From the NCBI GenBank assembly GCA_002633005.1, contig NMRA01000267.1, positions 242,286-306,285 on the forward strand: 64,000 nucleotides of DNA. The letters run 5' to 3'. The translations under genes and the position numbers were made by a program. Positions 50,770 to 63,474 of the stretch are shown piece by piece. The stretch comes from Phoronis australis. Taxonomy: Eukaryota > Animalia > Phoronida. The stretch's first letter is position 1, and every line of letters begins with the position of its first letter. The notes under the pieces were generated by a model. The model had not been told where the DNA came from. It saw only the letters and a list, made by a program, of their open reading frames with translations, and did not search any database.

Positions 50770-51617
50770 TCTGAATCTTTTAGATCATCTTTAAACTGAA
50801 TTCACCAATTTGTTAATTTTTTTGGTTTGAAGCCAAATATTGAGAAAACAAGATGCGTTTGGATTGGTTCAAAAATACTCTTATGAAAAACTTTGTGTCA
50901 ATGAAAACTTGTTATGGACTAACAAACCTTTCATATTTTTGGGAATTAACTTCTCCACTGATTATAATACAATACCAGATATTAACTATAGTGACAGGCT
51001 TTTGGAAAGTAAGAAAGTGGTGGGCTCTTGGTGAAGAAGAATTCTTACTGTTTTAGGTAAAATAATCGTGGTTAAGACACTTTTATTGACCAAGATTGTT
51101 CATTTACTTCAATCCCTCCCTAGCCCCTCCATGATTTAAGAATTAGAGCGAAGGTGGTTTAAAAATAGTTCATGTTTGTTTTTTATTTAGTCTTTGAAAA
51201 TATCATGGCTTCGTAAACTATTCACCTCAAATACCATATGTGACCTTGCAGAGGCAGTTTTGGGTTGTAAAGTTGATAACTTTTTTAAAATGGGGGACAC
51301 TTTCCTTAAATTAATAACTGAAGGAACCGACAATCTGTACTGGAAGGAATTGCGCTCCTTTTGCAAATGTGTGACAAAAATGAAAATATCATTTAGTCTC
51401 CTCTGTGGTATAATTCAACGTTATAAGTCTGCAGAAAATCTATTTTCCACAAGAGCTGGTATGAAAGGGGAGTCTATCGTGTGTATGATTCGTTTAATGC
51501 TGAAGGAGGTTCTTTTATGTCATACGAAGAACTCTGCAACAGTTATAACTTTCAAGCTCCAATTCTAGAATTCTATGGATTAAGAAATGCAACCTTTGCA
51601 GCGTACAGTGGTCTTAA

Positions 51618-52013
51618 AGCCTAACTTCAACGGAATTTTGTTAATTTAGATGTATCGGGCTAACCAGATAGTCCTACCAAAGCTTTAGTAAAATAAGAAA
51701 ACGCGAGTTCAATCACGCAAATGTAATCCCGTCAAATAAGTGAGGCTGCCTTTTCGTGTCATGTTGTACCACCGCGAGACCTTAGCACAAACAACAAAAG
51801 GTTGTATTTAATAGGGGTCTGACTAGAGCACCGTTGCGTGCAGGTGTTAATCGAAGCTGTTTGAATTAAAAGGTGAATCTCACGGTGACGTAGACAAAAG
51901 CAAGCCAATACGCCCAACAGCTCGTTACATTTGGCAATATATGGCACTAGCGGGCTCAGAGAAATGCCCTTAACATACTCGCGGAACCAAATTTACTGTG
52001 TTAAAGATAGGCT
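51618..52013. mobile_element. Kolobok-type MITE (TTAA TSD), copy 2, inside the L1/Tx1
   Basis: ttaa|agcctaacttcaac...gataggct|ttaa; homologous to 14970-15665. Confidence 0.85.
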
Positions 52014-53210
52014 TTAAGAAGAGTCAAGACAATGTCTTGTTACCAAATATTCCAAGTTATACTAATAAAATTTTGCATAATAAATCACAAGCGGTAAATA
52101 GTTATGACACCTCAGTACAGACATTTCAGAAAGCTTGTAAATATAGAAACAAGTGGTCATCTGAGATAGATATAAACATTGGTATAAAGAATGTAAATTT
52201 TAGTGACCCTGATACATGGTGGAGAAAAGTAAACAAACTCCCCTTCAATTGTACAAAAGATACAAGATTGTGTTGGTTTCTATACCGCGTAAGTCTCAGA
52301 ATATTGACAACCAATAATTAAAATAAAAACAAGTGATTTATACTCTTTCTGTGATGAACACAGTGAAACTTTTCTCCATCTCTTTTGCGAATATCGTCTT
52401 GTCTCCCGTTTCTGGCTCCTGTTTGCTAAATGTTTAAAACAAACATATCATGTAAATTTCCATGTGGACAAAATAACAGTCTTTTTTGTTTTTTGGGAAA
52501 CACTCAGTCGGAAAATTGTAACATTTTTTTTAGAATTTTATTGAATATAATAGGTGCAGTACAGATCACACAATTACAGATGCTTTTTGTTCTAGTCAAG
52601 GAACAGTTAAGGTGTTAACTTACAGTGCTAATATGTACAAAGGTAATTTGACAATAGAGGAAAGATAATTGTAACATTAATCTGTTGATCATAATACACA
52701 TTTAGCAAAAAGTTTGTTTAAAAAATCTCCATTTTCAAATGTTCGTAAACTCTATTAAGTTACATCCTGAAGAAAATACGGTACTTGTTGTCTAGTGATT
52801 TAATGTTATTCTTTGTAAATAATGAACACTGTATTGTCTCATGTGACATTTAATTACCGTGCTAGAGCAAAATAAAAATATTAAAAAACTAGCATGGCTG
52901 AGGCCACTTATGAAATTCGAACAAATTTTACTTCATATTCAAATCAAATCGCTTTTAAAATCAACAGCTTTTGGAGCACATCTATGAGACTGGGTACAGA
53001 ACACATTCATAATGTCTAGTAAGTTTTAAGAGCAACTTGGCAGCCGGGCCAGTAAATTTTCAGACCAACTGGCGCGGCGGGCAAGCACACTTATTTGCTG
53101 AAGTTCGAACACTGCTACCAATTTATTATGACCGGATCGGAAATTATCACATGTGTTCTTTTAGTCTAATTTGTATCATTAAACCATTTGACGTGCTCTG
53201 TTGGTTATGT

Positions 53211-53961
53211 ATGGAACGCCACTAGCGTCACCTTGTGACGGGTCATTTTTGAAACGTGACGAGTCATTTCTAACACGCTGACACGTCACTGATGCGTTTT
53301 ACTTTTTAGTTCTTTAAAAGCAAACAACAACAGACCACCATTTTCTCACAAAAACAGCTTGTAGCATACCGTGTCTTCACTGAGCATTTGAGAAAAAGCA
53401 CTGCCTTGCATAAAACACAACCTACACAATAGCCTGTCTCCACTGAGCAAGACTATATTACCTACTGGTACATCTTCACTGATCAAGCAAATAGAACCTA
53501 CAAGGACTCAACAAGTGTAAGCACAGCATTGTGAAAATCACTCTAAGGTCACAGTGATCCAGTCCTTGTCACTATCAGCATTGACATCCTTTGTTTGGAT
53601 AAACAGTCTTTCGTTTATAATACTTTTGACTGTGCATGTTATTCTAACGCAGGGGTGGATTATGATTCATTTAATCAATGCAAGTGTGCATGCAAACTTT
53701 TCCCTTATTTTACAAATGCAAAGTGGGGTTCCTGATGACCTTTTAGGCTAGTCAGATGTCGGGTCAGTTGGGGCGTAAACTGACTGACGTCGAAGAATAC
53801 GTCATCGCTGACCAAACGACATTGGCCTATTGGTCGTACAGTAATGGGGCGGTAAATTGTCACACTTGGAAATTGCATTTCGAGTCAACTCTGACGCTCT
53901 AGGATGACCCGTAACGTGTCAGAAAAGACTCGTCAGAAGGTGACGCTAGGGGCGTTCTACA
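53211..53961. mobile_element. MITE with ~60-bp TIRs
   Basis: ggaacgccactagcgtcacctt.tgacg.gtc versus gactcgtcagaaggtgacgctaggggcgttct. Confidence 0.75.
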
Positions 53962-54407
53962 GTTGCGACCGCTGACGTGTCCAATAATGCATCTGTTCAA
54001 TAATGCATTCAGGATTTGGTTTGCGCATGCGTTCGTCTTTCCGGTTCTACGGAATTCTGGATCCAAGCACTCAGTTTTTTATTTTTAAACTTTTTATAAC
54101 AGCATCATTTGTGCCTCGTATCTTGTTTACCTTGGCAAAAAAGATAAAGGGCAATGTCGGTAATGAGGGTGAGAATCTTTCAAAGAGTACTGAATTGGAT
54201 TATGTTTAAATGTGCAAACGTAGGAGATTTTGATGGCCTGCAGCGAAGCCTGTGTGAGCTTAGTTAGACAGTGACCTCAGTCTAGAGACGGTGTAGCTGC
54301 TATCGGAGCTTCATACGCCGGAAGCTTTTCGGTGAATTATGCCTCACACTGACTAAAACATCAAAGTCACGTTGTTATAAATACCTTTTGCGCATAGAGG
54401 GACACCT

Positions 54408-54990
54408 TAGCCACATCTGGCTGTTTTATCAGACGGATGGATGCGATATTGTGTAATAAAAAACCTGTCCAAAAATGCATCCACAGCCACTCCCGGCTGC
54501 TTTATCAGATGGATGGACGCAATATTGTGCAATAACACACCTATCCAATAATGCATCCACAGCCACTTGCGGTTGCTTTATCAGATGGATGGCTGGATGC
54601 AGTATTGTGCAGTAACACACCTGTCCAATAACACAACCAATAGCGTAAAGTACACCCTACAACATTTTATACTGGATGACTTATTGGACAAGTGTCTAAT
54701 TGCGGAATAAGTCATCCATCCCAGAAATTAACTGAAGGGGTTTGCACACAACTGAGGATTGCTAGAACTGTCTCTTTTGTGAAATTTGACAACACAACAA
54801 ATAGTGTCAAGTACACTCCACAAAATTTTTTAACATGTGGTGACCCCCTGTATGACTTATTGTACAACTATCTCATTACGAAATAAATTGCCCATCCCAG
54901 AAACTAAATGAAGCGTTTTGCATATATGCGAGGATTGATAAAACTGTCACTTTTGTGGAATTTGGCAACCTAGCCAATAGCGTCAAGTAC
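54408..54990. repeat. Internal tandem repeats: ~3 x 77-bp unit followed by ~2 x 180-bp unit
   Basis: agccac...tttatcaga.ggatgg...tattgtg...tccaa repeated three times; aa.aatag.gt.aagtac recurs at ~54635, ~54815 and ~54975. Confidence 0.8.
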
Positions 54991-55136
54991 GCACATGGTA
55001 GGAAACCTAGGAAAAAGTCGATTGACGCGTGCTACAATATTCCATAAATGTTTTAGCCTGGTCCAGTAAACGGGGGAAGAAAGTGTAAAAATTCAGCCTC
55101 TGATCAGCACGAGATAACGCACTAACGGCAAAAAAG

Positions 55137-55950
55137 ATAAATATAGATTATTACATGGCAAAGTCGTTATCCCCCGTTATCTAGAGCCCGAGGGTGATAA
55201 TTCTCCAAAATCCACGACGGCTCTAGATAAGGGGGATAACGGCTGAGAACATGTAATAATCTATTTATACAACATAATAAACGAGAAACATTGCAATGAA
55301 TCGGTTTAACTTTTCTGACTCTCCACGGCTTTGTAACTACTCTCTATGTCACAGGCCCGGGGTCGGAGGTCGTGAGCTTTTAAGAAAAGCCGGGCTATTT
55401 TTGTCAAAAAATGCTTTTACTCAAATCCAATTGAAAACTTAAATATAATAGAAATAAACTGAATTTATAAATTGAGGTTTGCCAACTATTATACCTTAAA
55501 ACACGTTTTTTTTTTCACGCTAAGCTTCGACCGGGAAATTATCGTCTGCTAAAGTAGGTTAACACTGGTAACTGAATATAATTCTCAAGTCAAAGATCCT
55601 GCCGACACGATACCCGCATTAAAACTGGAGATCGGTGATTTACAACTAAGAGGACATGAGAGAAAAATTTCACTGAATTAAGATATTATTTTTATTGAAA
55701 TTATGTGTCTTATTTTTCGTAGCGTATAAGTACAGTACAATGCGGTTTGTTGAACATGAAGTTATTGCGCGTGCTCATTTAAGTATTCTATTTTCACTCT
55801 TGATGACGTCAGTGGTAAAGTCGGCAACTCCAGCGTTCTGGGATCGACTCCGTCCTCGGTTTCCTGCTAAAACGTTATTTCACTAGTGAGATAACTTTAT
55901 GGGTTATTGCACGGTTGTATCTGCCATTTGACGCTAATATTGTGGTATAA
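55137..55950 (+). mobile_element. Hairpin/tRNA-module element family A, copy 3
   Basis: Colinear with copy 2; inner left arm and part of the A-box deleted; ends tattgtggtataa. Confidence 0.85.
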
Positions 55951-56427
55951 TAAGTAGTTAGGGAACGCTCCTAGAGCCAACATGTCAGCCATATGATTTG
56001 AGGAAAGGGCTTGCCAACAAAAGATAAAGAATTAATGGCAGTAGCCAGTATCAAGACTATCACGGATTAAAGTTGCCAGACAACATCACAATTTCTTACG
56101 CATTTCTAAAACAATACATGCTTAAAACTCTTAGAAAAATACTCACAAACACCACTGACCTTGTAGTTTCTCATCTTTTCCCAAATACGTACATCACAGA
56201 TACTTTTTGCATCTAAACTTTATGAACGACAAACCTATTTGGATGCACTGCGATACATTATTAAGCAAAAACCGGAAGCCAGAGAAACGAAAGCCAAACG
56301 CATGCGTAAAACACATCCTGGATGCATTATTGGACAGATGCATTATTGGACACGACACCGCCATCCGCTGAGAGCCGTTCCTAAACCTAGCTGTCGGCTA
56401 CTCGACCCAGTAACGCTTACCAGTATA

Positions 56428-56640
56428 ATGAACATGTGATTGTTGCGCGTGCTCATTTTAAGTATTCTATTTTCACGTTCGATGACGTCAGCCGCTGAGT
56501 GGTGTAGTGGTAAAGGCGACGACTCGAAACTCTTAAGACCCGGGTTCGAATCCGGCCTCAGTTTCCAGCCAAAATGTTATTTAACTAGTGAGATAACTTT
56601 ATGGGTTGTTACACGGTTGTATCTGCCATTCGAGGCTATA
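56428..56640 (+). mobile_element. Family A 3' fragment (copy 4)
   Basis: Matches 36390-36600, including the tRNA-like module. Confidence 0.8.
56493..56563 (+). pseudogene. tRNA-like sequence (best-preserved copy; CTCGAAA loop)
   Basis: GCTGAG/CTCAGT acceptor-like pairing, TGGTGTAGTGG A-box, GGTTCGAATCC B-box; anticodon stem unpaired. Confidence 0.65.
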
Positions 56641-59019
56641 ATAAACACATATAATGAGTTCGCACGAAACTAAAATGGAAAATGTCAAATGTAATTTCAA
56701 GTTCAATTTCGTATGCAAGGACTACACCTCGGAAAAACTGGACTGAGAAAACAACGATGAGGTATGGCGAGAAGAGCTTAATTGGTGTTCCTTTGATCGT
56801 CTTTTCATTAGTTGCCTAAAACTAATCAAATAGTTCTGTTATCTTAATTTGTATCCATTTCATCACGTCTGTTGCATAAACAACAAGTTTAGTCTGCTAG
56901 CAACCTGTATGATGTCACTGTTGATTCACTCGAGTTTTGCTTGGGATTTGAAATGATTTGAAGTGCTGTGACTCTTAATTTGTCTTCCTGTCTACTGTCC
57001 ACTTATAGTTCTACTCTAGAAATAAACTTGTATGCACTGTGGTTACGGTGCCATATGTTTCAAAGAATATTATTCTTTCGTCCCGTCAAAAGTACAAAAT
57101 CGTCGTCGTTTTCGGAATGCTTAACTGAGCATTAGAAACCCAGCTATCTTTATGAAGACTATATATTTAGTATACAGCTTTGCACCAAAGCTAACTGAGC
57201 ATTAAATTATTCGCATGCAAATTATCAGGAAACTTTGTAAATACACATATCTGTATATCATCTTCATCTAGGTGAGGTACTTGACGCGTGATATTACAAC
57301 CAAAACTTTCTGGGAAAACTCGTTCTAATTTGGAAAGCAGTCTGGTGTTGTCCAGGAACATCAACAGTCTGACAATTTCCGCGGTAATCAGTTTCCGTTC
57401 CCCTGTAAAGGGAGTCAAGAACTGGCGATTCCGTAAATGCGGGAAAATTACAGTGTTTTTCCTGATTTTTTTTATCTAGAATTTTGCATTTGTAAATGCA
57501 AAATTTCAAATTTTCGGGTTAATGCAATAATGAAATAAGAATTACGTTGTTACAGAATCGACAAGTTACTAATTCTATTCACAGTTTGAAAAAAGACGTT
57601 ATTGAGGTGCATTTATAGTTGTTTATCATACATGATTCACCACAAATTGTGAAAGCCTGAATGTAATTAGGCTCCTCAAAACTCTAGATTTGCAACTAAA
57701 AGGAGATAGCCTAGCATTTCGAGAAAACGAGCTTTCTTATTATATGCACATCTTTGTTGATAACAAACCGGAACCGGGTGTGTACTCATTAGTGAATGTG
57801 AACATAATCGGGTGCAAAGGTATCCAGTCTAGCAAATTATCTTGGCACAGTAATTATACGTACATATTGAAAGTCAGAAATTACCAGGGATCTGTTTCAC
57901 GAAAATAATTTGAAACGTAAGACACTTCGCAATTGCTGACAAAACTAATAATGAGTTCAGTTCAGTCCAGAATTAATTAGTGGACATTATCTCAGTTACT
58001 AGCAATTTTGTGTATGCTCTCATATAATTTGCGAGTGAGATTTAATTATTTTTCGCAAATAGTTGTGTGAAGCATTAAACCAAATTCCTGTCTATACTGT
58101 TTACTGTTTTAATTGTATTTACTTGCTGAAGCTACTTTTTGTTGCGTTCTGACAAACACGCTGACCTTTAATTTATAGCAGCTACTATTTTGAAATTGCA
58201 TAGGCTTATCTGGACGTGGGTGTTTGGGAGGATGTCATAGTTTTGCCCGACCATAGGTGTAGCGGAATTTGACCCCCTCTGCTGGTTGTCACCAACTTAT
58301 CCCTTCCCCCGCTTGTCGATGAATCTTCCAGTCCCAAATTGTCCCTTACTCGGAACTGATATTTTGAGACAAAGAACATAACCAGCGTTAAGTCTAGGCT
58401 TGGAAAGTGACTCAAAAGTTTAGTCAGAAACTTTGTCTTAGGTTTATTTCAGAAAAATAATTAAGTCCCATTTCAGTAAAAATTCTAAGCTCTGCTGAGA
58501 TAATTTCTATAATTTCATGCATTTCACAGATTCAATGCAATTCCACACATGATGTATCAAAGAAGCTTATACGTGTAATTTAAACCATTGGTATCTACAA
58601 TCCCTCTCAAATGTTTTCATGAAGAAAAAAATAAATTCTGAACCTGTCTCTCAAAATATTTAGTTATTAATGTGAAAAACTGAAGTATTTACACGGAACA
58701 TTTTTTTCCAAAGCCAGATTGAGCTTTTAACATCGTTCCTATTTCTTCCGTCCAATTGTTGAACATGTTGCACTAATTCCCCCCTAAGGTTGGTAGAGTA
58801 GTTTTCTGTGCCCCTTTGGCCAGCACACTGAGTGAAATAAGTGCCACTGCCCAAATATGATTAAACAACCTGATCACTAAAGACTTAACTCAAGAGCACA
58901 AAATTTATAAAAATCCAAAGCAATTACATCCAATTCTGCAAATTTCACGGTTTTCATTCGCTCAAAGATAATCAAAGCATTTCGCAGCCACCAACACGAT
59001 TTTCTTAAGTTGCTACTGC

Positions 59020-59660
59020 TATGTCCCCAAAAGGCAGATTTCTTAAGTAAAATCAGTAAGATTATTTTTTATTTTTAAGGTAAAAATCATATCCTGAACG
59101 CATAAAGCTGTTGAGGGGTTCAGGTCTAGAGATCATTACTTGTAAATAACCAAGTTTCTGGTCGCTGTCTGCTTGGGTGAGCCCGTAAAGAGCAGAGTCA
59201 GCGCATTTATTATGCAATTCTTAGCGGACAATTTTCGTCAAAAATTTTACCAGATAGTTTTCATCAAAACGGAGAAAAGAAAAATGGATTTGTGAAGACA
59301 GGATTAAGTAGTAGGCCTACCAGAGCCTCTTAAAAGACATTCATCTTCGAAGTGCCTTGAACAAATGTACAAAGTCTTATTGGTGAAACAACTGCCATTC
59401 ACGTTGACACAAGAAGTTAGCTTTTCTTCCCACAGACGATTATGGGGTCTTCGGATCTTGTGGAATCTAATCCCTTTGCATTTCGCGTGTGTGGCCAAAC
59501 AACCGGCCATGATTAGCAGACGACGTACTTGCCGGAAATTGCACCAGAAAATTTAGCCAGGTGTCGCCAGTGAATAATGACGTAAGGGCTTATGCATGAG
59601 ATTACAGATTTCGTCCATTGAAAGTATATGGATTTGGTGGTCCATTTACTATAGTCTATG
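59020..59660 (-). mobile_element. THAP-containing transposon 5' fragment with CATAGACTATA (P-element-like) terminus
   Basis: ORF 59304-59510 GIRFHKI...YICSRHFEDEC is a THAP domain; tatagtctatgg at ~59650; 59035-59210 is repeated at ~61905-62052. Confidence 0.65.
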
Positions 59661-59784
59661 GATGAATCAAGGTGTCACGTGTGAAGTCTCGTTTTTACGT
59701 ATCTCCGTGCCAAGTTAATGAATGTTATGAACAAGGTGGGCGATTAGGAATTGAACACAATAAAAAAACTTCAATAGTACTTAA

Positions 59785-61503
59785 AGGAGAATGCCACCCC
59801 AAAAAACAATCTGTTTTGTATCAATTTAGATCGAGTAGTTCTGCTTGATAACGGCAGGTTCGGTTGCGTTACCTGACACCTGACGGCCGACGGAGGTGTT
59901 GAAATTATCTAATGACGTAATTGGTTTCACACGCAGTCTGTTCAGCAACACGGGTTAAAGGTGTCAGCTTATCGCTCGAATTCATCGTTTAACACCAATA
60001 AATCAGCTAACTTCGACGTAAAACCCTTAAAAAATGCATCGAGTTCTTATAAAAACTTGTTGTTTTATTTCGCTGTTACGGATTTACTGGTATTTGGACA
60101 CACCGCAGCCTACAAAGTTCGGCAGGCCAATTTACCAAGGTCCGTAGCAGGAGTTTGGGGTCTGTTCGAATACAAATTCGAAGTATTCTTCCGTGAAATA
60201 CAGAAGGAGAACCTAGATCTGTGTTGTTTATACTTGTGATTTTTTGAGTTCTAAACACACAAAAGGCTTGTTATCCCGGCCAGTGGCTCGGAACCCGATC
60301 AAGCCCGTCGCGGCCGGACTGACTCGTTATCCCGGCCAGTGGCACGGAACCAGATCAGGCCCGTCGTGGCCACCGGGACTGGCACGAACATAAACCAGCT
60401 TGAGTTGGAAACTAAACCTCCAGTCACAAAAAGATTATAATAGTGTGCACGTAATTAATTATTTATGTGAATTAGCTCGTGACGAAACTGGAAATCTACT
60501 TACTTTTCGGGGGCCACGAAGTCGGGTTCCCCTTCCACAGACCGTCAGGGCAAAGGTTGTACAGTAACAATGATTTGAATAATGTATTTGTGTTTCTAAA
60601 TAAAGATTCCCCTAACATGTGACAATAGCATATAAAATCGAGTAATTGTTTCACAACAGCTTTCTGTCAGCAAACACTGAATTAGCATGCGCTCACACGG
60701 CCTCGGTGCTCTGTCAATTACCGTTGTTGCCGGCACCAAAAGCCGGTAACGCAGTGGTTTATTTATTGCTGGCTTCTCAAAACATTTGCACTCACGAACA
60801 CTCCAAGGCATTACAAATTGTATCCAATGAGACAGACTCTGTTTCAGTTTCATATAAGCTGCATTGGTTAGGATCATTTTAGGTTGAGAATAAGTCATTT
60901 TGAAACAGAACGCAGAATAATAAACGTCTACATTTCAACTCGCCGGAGCCAATCCCGACTTAGTCAAGAGCTCATCCGACGAAGGCTTCACAGATGGATC
61001 GTTAGGTTTTACAGGCTATCAGTTCGAACCGGAATACACTGATCAAGCAATACTAGAGAGGCGCCGTGAACATGCACAGAAGACGGAACGTATGGATAGT
61101 TCTTTGGTAAGCCGGAATTCGTCAGAGAAATCACTGTCGACGAAATGCCGGCCACAGACACGGAGATGTTTCACGTCCTCATACTTGCTATTAGCAGCAT
61201 ACCTTTCATTCTTCATTATCGCGAGTCACTTCCTAAGCATTTCGGGCTCTCGAAAAAGTCGAAAAAACGACATGCCCACTTTCTTCACAGCTTCATAGTT
61301 CGAACAAGCGGGAACCGATGCACCTCAATATAGCGGCATTCACTCTGCAGACGAACCACTGACGTCGCTTCGTCGCTTCTCACCTTCCTCATAGGTTAAC
61401 GCGACACCTCTCGGCAAGGTGAGGTCGACCGTATAAGAGGCGATGTGGATATAGACCGATTAAGACGGTAAAAAAGACTAATTAAATCGGGTAGCATTCT
61501 CCT
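59785..61503 (-). mobile_element. Kolobok-type non-autonomous transposon with THAP remnant, copy 2 (inverted)
   Basis: Reverse complement of 44356-46421 with an internal deletion; KHLRVCGRHFVDSDF on minus; ~55-bp tandem duplication at 60270-60372. Confidence 0.85.
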
Positions 61504-61518
61504 TCAAAATGAACTGTT

Positions 61519-61731
61519 TTGAACTGTATCTTACTGCTACGTGAGAGTCTTATTAAAGCGTTTACTCCGTTACGTTGCTCCAAGAATTCACTTCAAGTGG
61601 AAGTGGATAGGCACGAGATAGTGGAATATTATAATAGATTATGTTTGATTTGCAATGATGGTCATGTAGAGGATGAATGCCACTTCCTGTTGATTTGCAA
61701 GGGATATGGTGAACTTAGGTCACTTTTTTGA
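61519..61731 (+). mobile_element. LINE C-terminal zinc-binding fragment (RTE-X/CR1-like)
   Basis: RLCLICNDGHVEDECHFLLICKGYGELR motif. Confidence 0.7.
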
Positions 61732-63474
61732 AAGAAGTTCAATGGAAGCACTCAACTCAAGAATCCTGTTCATACCTCCTCTAAAAGCTAATCCAGATAT
61801 GTTTAGGTATTCTGCCCTTAAAATGGATTGACTGCGTGTACAAATGTGCTTGTTTAATTTCTGTTTATAGTACTTTGGGCCAGAGGCCTTTGATAGGGTC
61901 AGAGATTTCGTAAGTAAAATCAGTAAGATTATTCCTAAGGTAAAAACCATACCCTAGACGCGTAACGCTTTTAACGTGTTCAGTTCTTGTTACTATTTCT
62001 CGTAACTAGCCAAGTTTCTGGTTTACCCCAAAATGTAGAGTCAGCGCATTTATGACGGGAGGGAGAGCGAAAGTGGCGGAGACACAGAAATGGGGACGCA
62101 GAAACTATGAGTACCAAACGTTTGACAAAGTCAAATTAATTCCCCATATACTACTATGTACCTTCTTATGGGCTTGAGTAAGTAGATCCGACCTGAAAAA
62201 ATCATATAACCAGTGTTGTTTTCGCTTTGGGCCGCGTTGAATACTCAACTTCAAATTTATCCGCTGGATATATTTAATTGTTGCGTGACATCAGGTGCAT
62301 CGTTCAACACTAACAACGTGGCGAGTGGCACTACGACGTCATTGTTGCGTATATTCAAGTGTGGTAAATATATGATAACAGTTTTATTACTTTTAATAGT
62401 TGCTTCCGTAAGGAAACGGGGGGAAATAACAGCTTTTCTTGTAGATTGTCTGTTGAGGTTGCCAGCTATTAGATCACGAAATCCAGCGTCAGAAACTAGT
62501 TCTGTGATTTGTTTTTCTTTCGTACGAATTCACGTGTCGTTTGTAAAGTGCAAAATCCAAGTTGAACGTCTTTAGGTTTTGTAAAGACATGTTTTTTGTC
62601 ATTTCCTACGGTATTACCAAAATATTCACATAGCCTATTTTGAAAACTCTTAACATGTAGGAGCAAGAGCGTCTTGAAATCTTTATTTTTCAACCTCCTG
62701 TGAGCTATTTTCATTTTTATTTCTGGTAAAATGATATTTTAAAAGTGATGTCCAAAAGAAGAGTTACTGACAATGAGTATGGGCAGTTTTGATATGAAAG
62801 TTGTAAAAAGATCATTAAAATAGAAAATACCTTTCTTTTTTGTTTGTTTGTTTGTTCGTGTTTTTTCTTTGCATTTCAGATTTCCTGTTGCAACGTACAA
62901 TGAAAACATAATAAAGCAAATTCATCGCTTGTCCAAATATATACATCTTTCAACTCTGTCGGTGGGCACAAGATCAAGGCAGTGTATGATAACACCATAT
63001 GCCCTATGTTGGACATTTTGTATTCATTAAATTGTGTCGATCGCTTTTAGTTGTTTTTGAATGACAGTACACGAGCAGTTCTTAAAATTTGTGTGACACA
63101 CGCAGCTCTGCAGAATACGGTACCCCCGGTACTGAGATGAACCAACTGGTTTACGTGGCACTTCACTGCACTGATGCTTTCCCGGAGCGCACGGTGTTTA
63201 TGTAGTCTCGGCTAGTTCCACGGTAATTAAAGGAGGAAATGTGAATCCCAGAAATTATGGTTGCGCCTTTTCGGAGTGCATCTTTATACTGTTGATGACT
63301 TTTGTTTAAGATACTGCCCTGTATTCATACAGTATAAAAAACATACCGGCTAAATCGTCCAAAGATGTGTTTATTGCACACGTATGTGCTTCAACCGATG
63401 CTAAAGCGCATGCTACTGCGTGATACCTGCATGCAGACTAGGCACGTAGGGAACCAGCGAGTAATCTCATTGGT

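Larger units (their letters stand above)
46912..52888 (+). mobile_element. L1/Tx1-clade LINE, 5'-truncated, interrupted by two insertions
   Basis: FIKGRYIVENIR, IDFEKAFNSVSW, IQYANDT, FGLKPNIEKT, LKISWLRKL, WFLYRVSLRILTTN; AATAAA at 52871 plus A-run; TSD ctagcatg at 46904 and 52889. Confidence 0.88.
53970..56360. mobile_element. ~2.4-kb TIR element with internal tandem repeats, hosting family A copy 3
   Basis: TIRs cgtgtccaataatgcatctgttcaataatgcat..gcgcatgcgtt / aacgcatgcgt..atgcattattggacagatgcattattggacacg. Confidence 0.8.

Noticed and set aside
54408-54630. Possible CRISPR-like repeat-spacer array
   Set aside because: The whole ~77-bp unit is repeated; there are no unique spacers, and it lies inside a TIR element.
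56493-56563. Functional tRNA-Ser(CGA) gene
   Set aside because: Anticodon stem does not pair, there is no long variable arm, the copies disagree in the loop, and all lie within a repeat.
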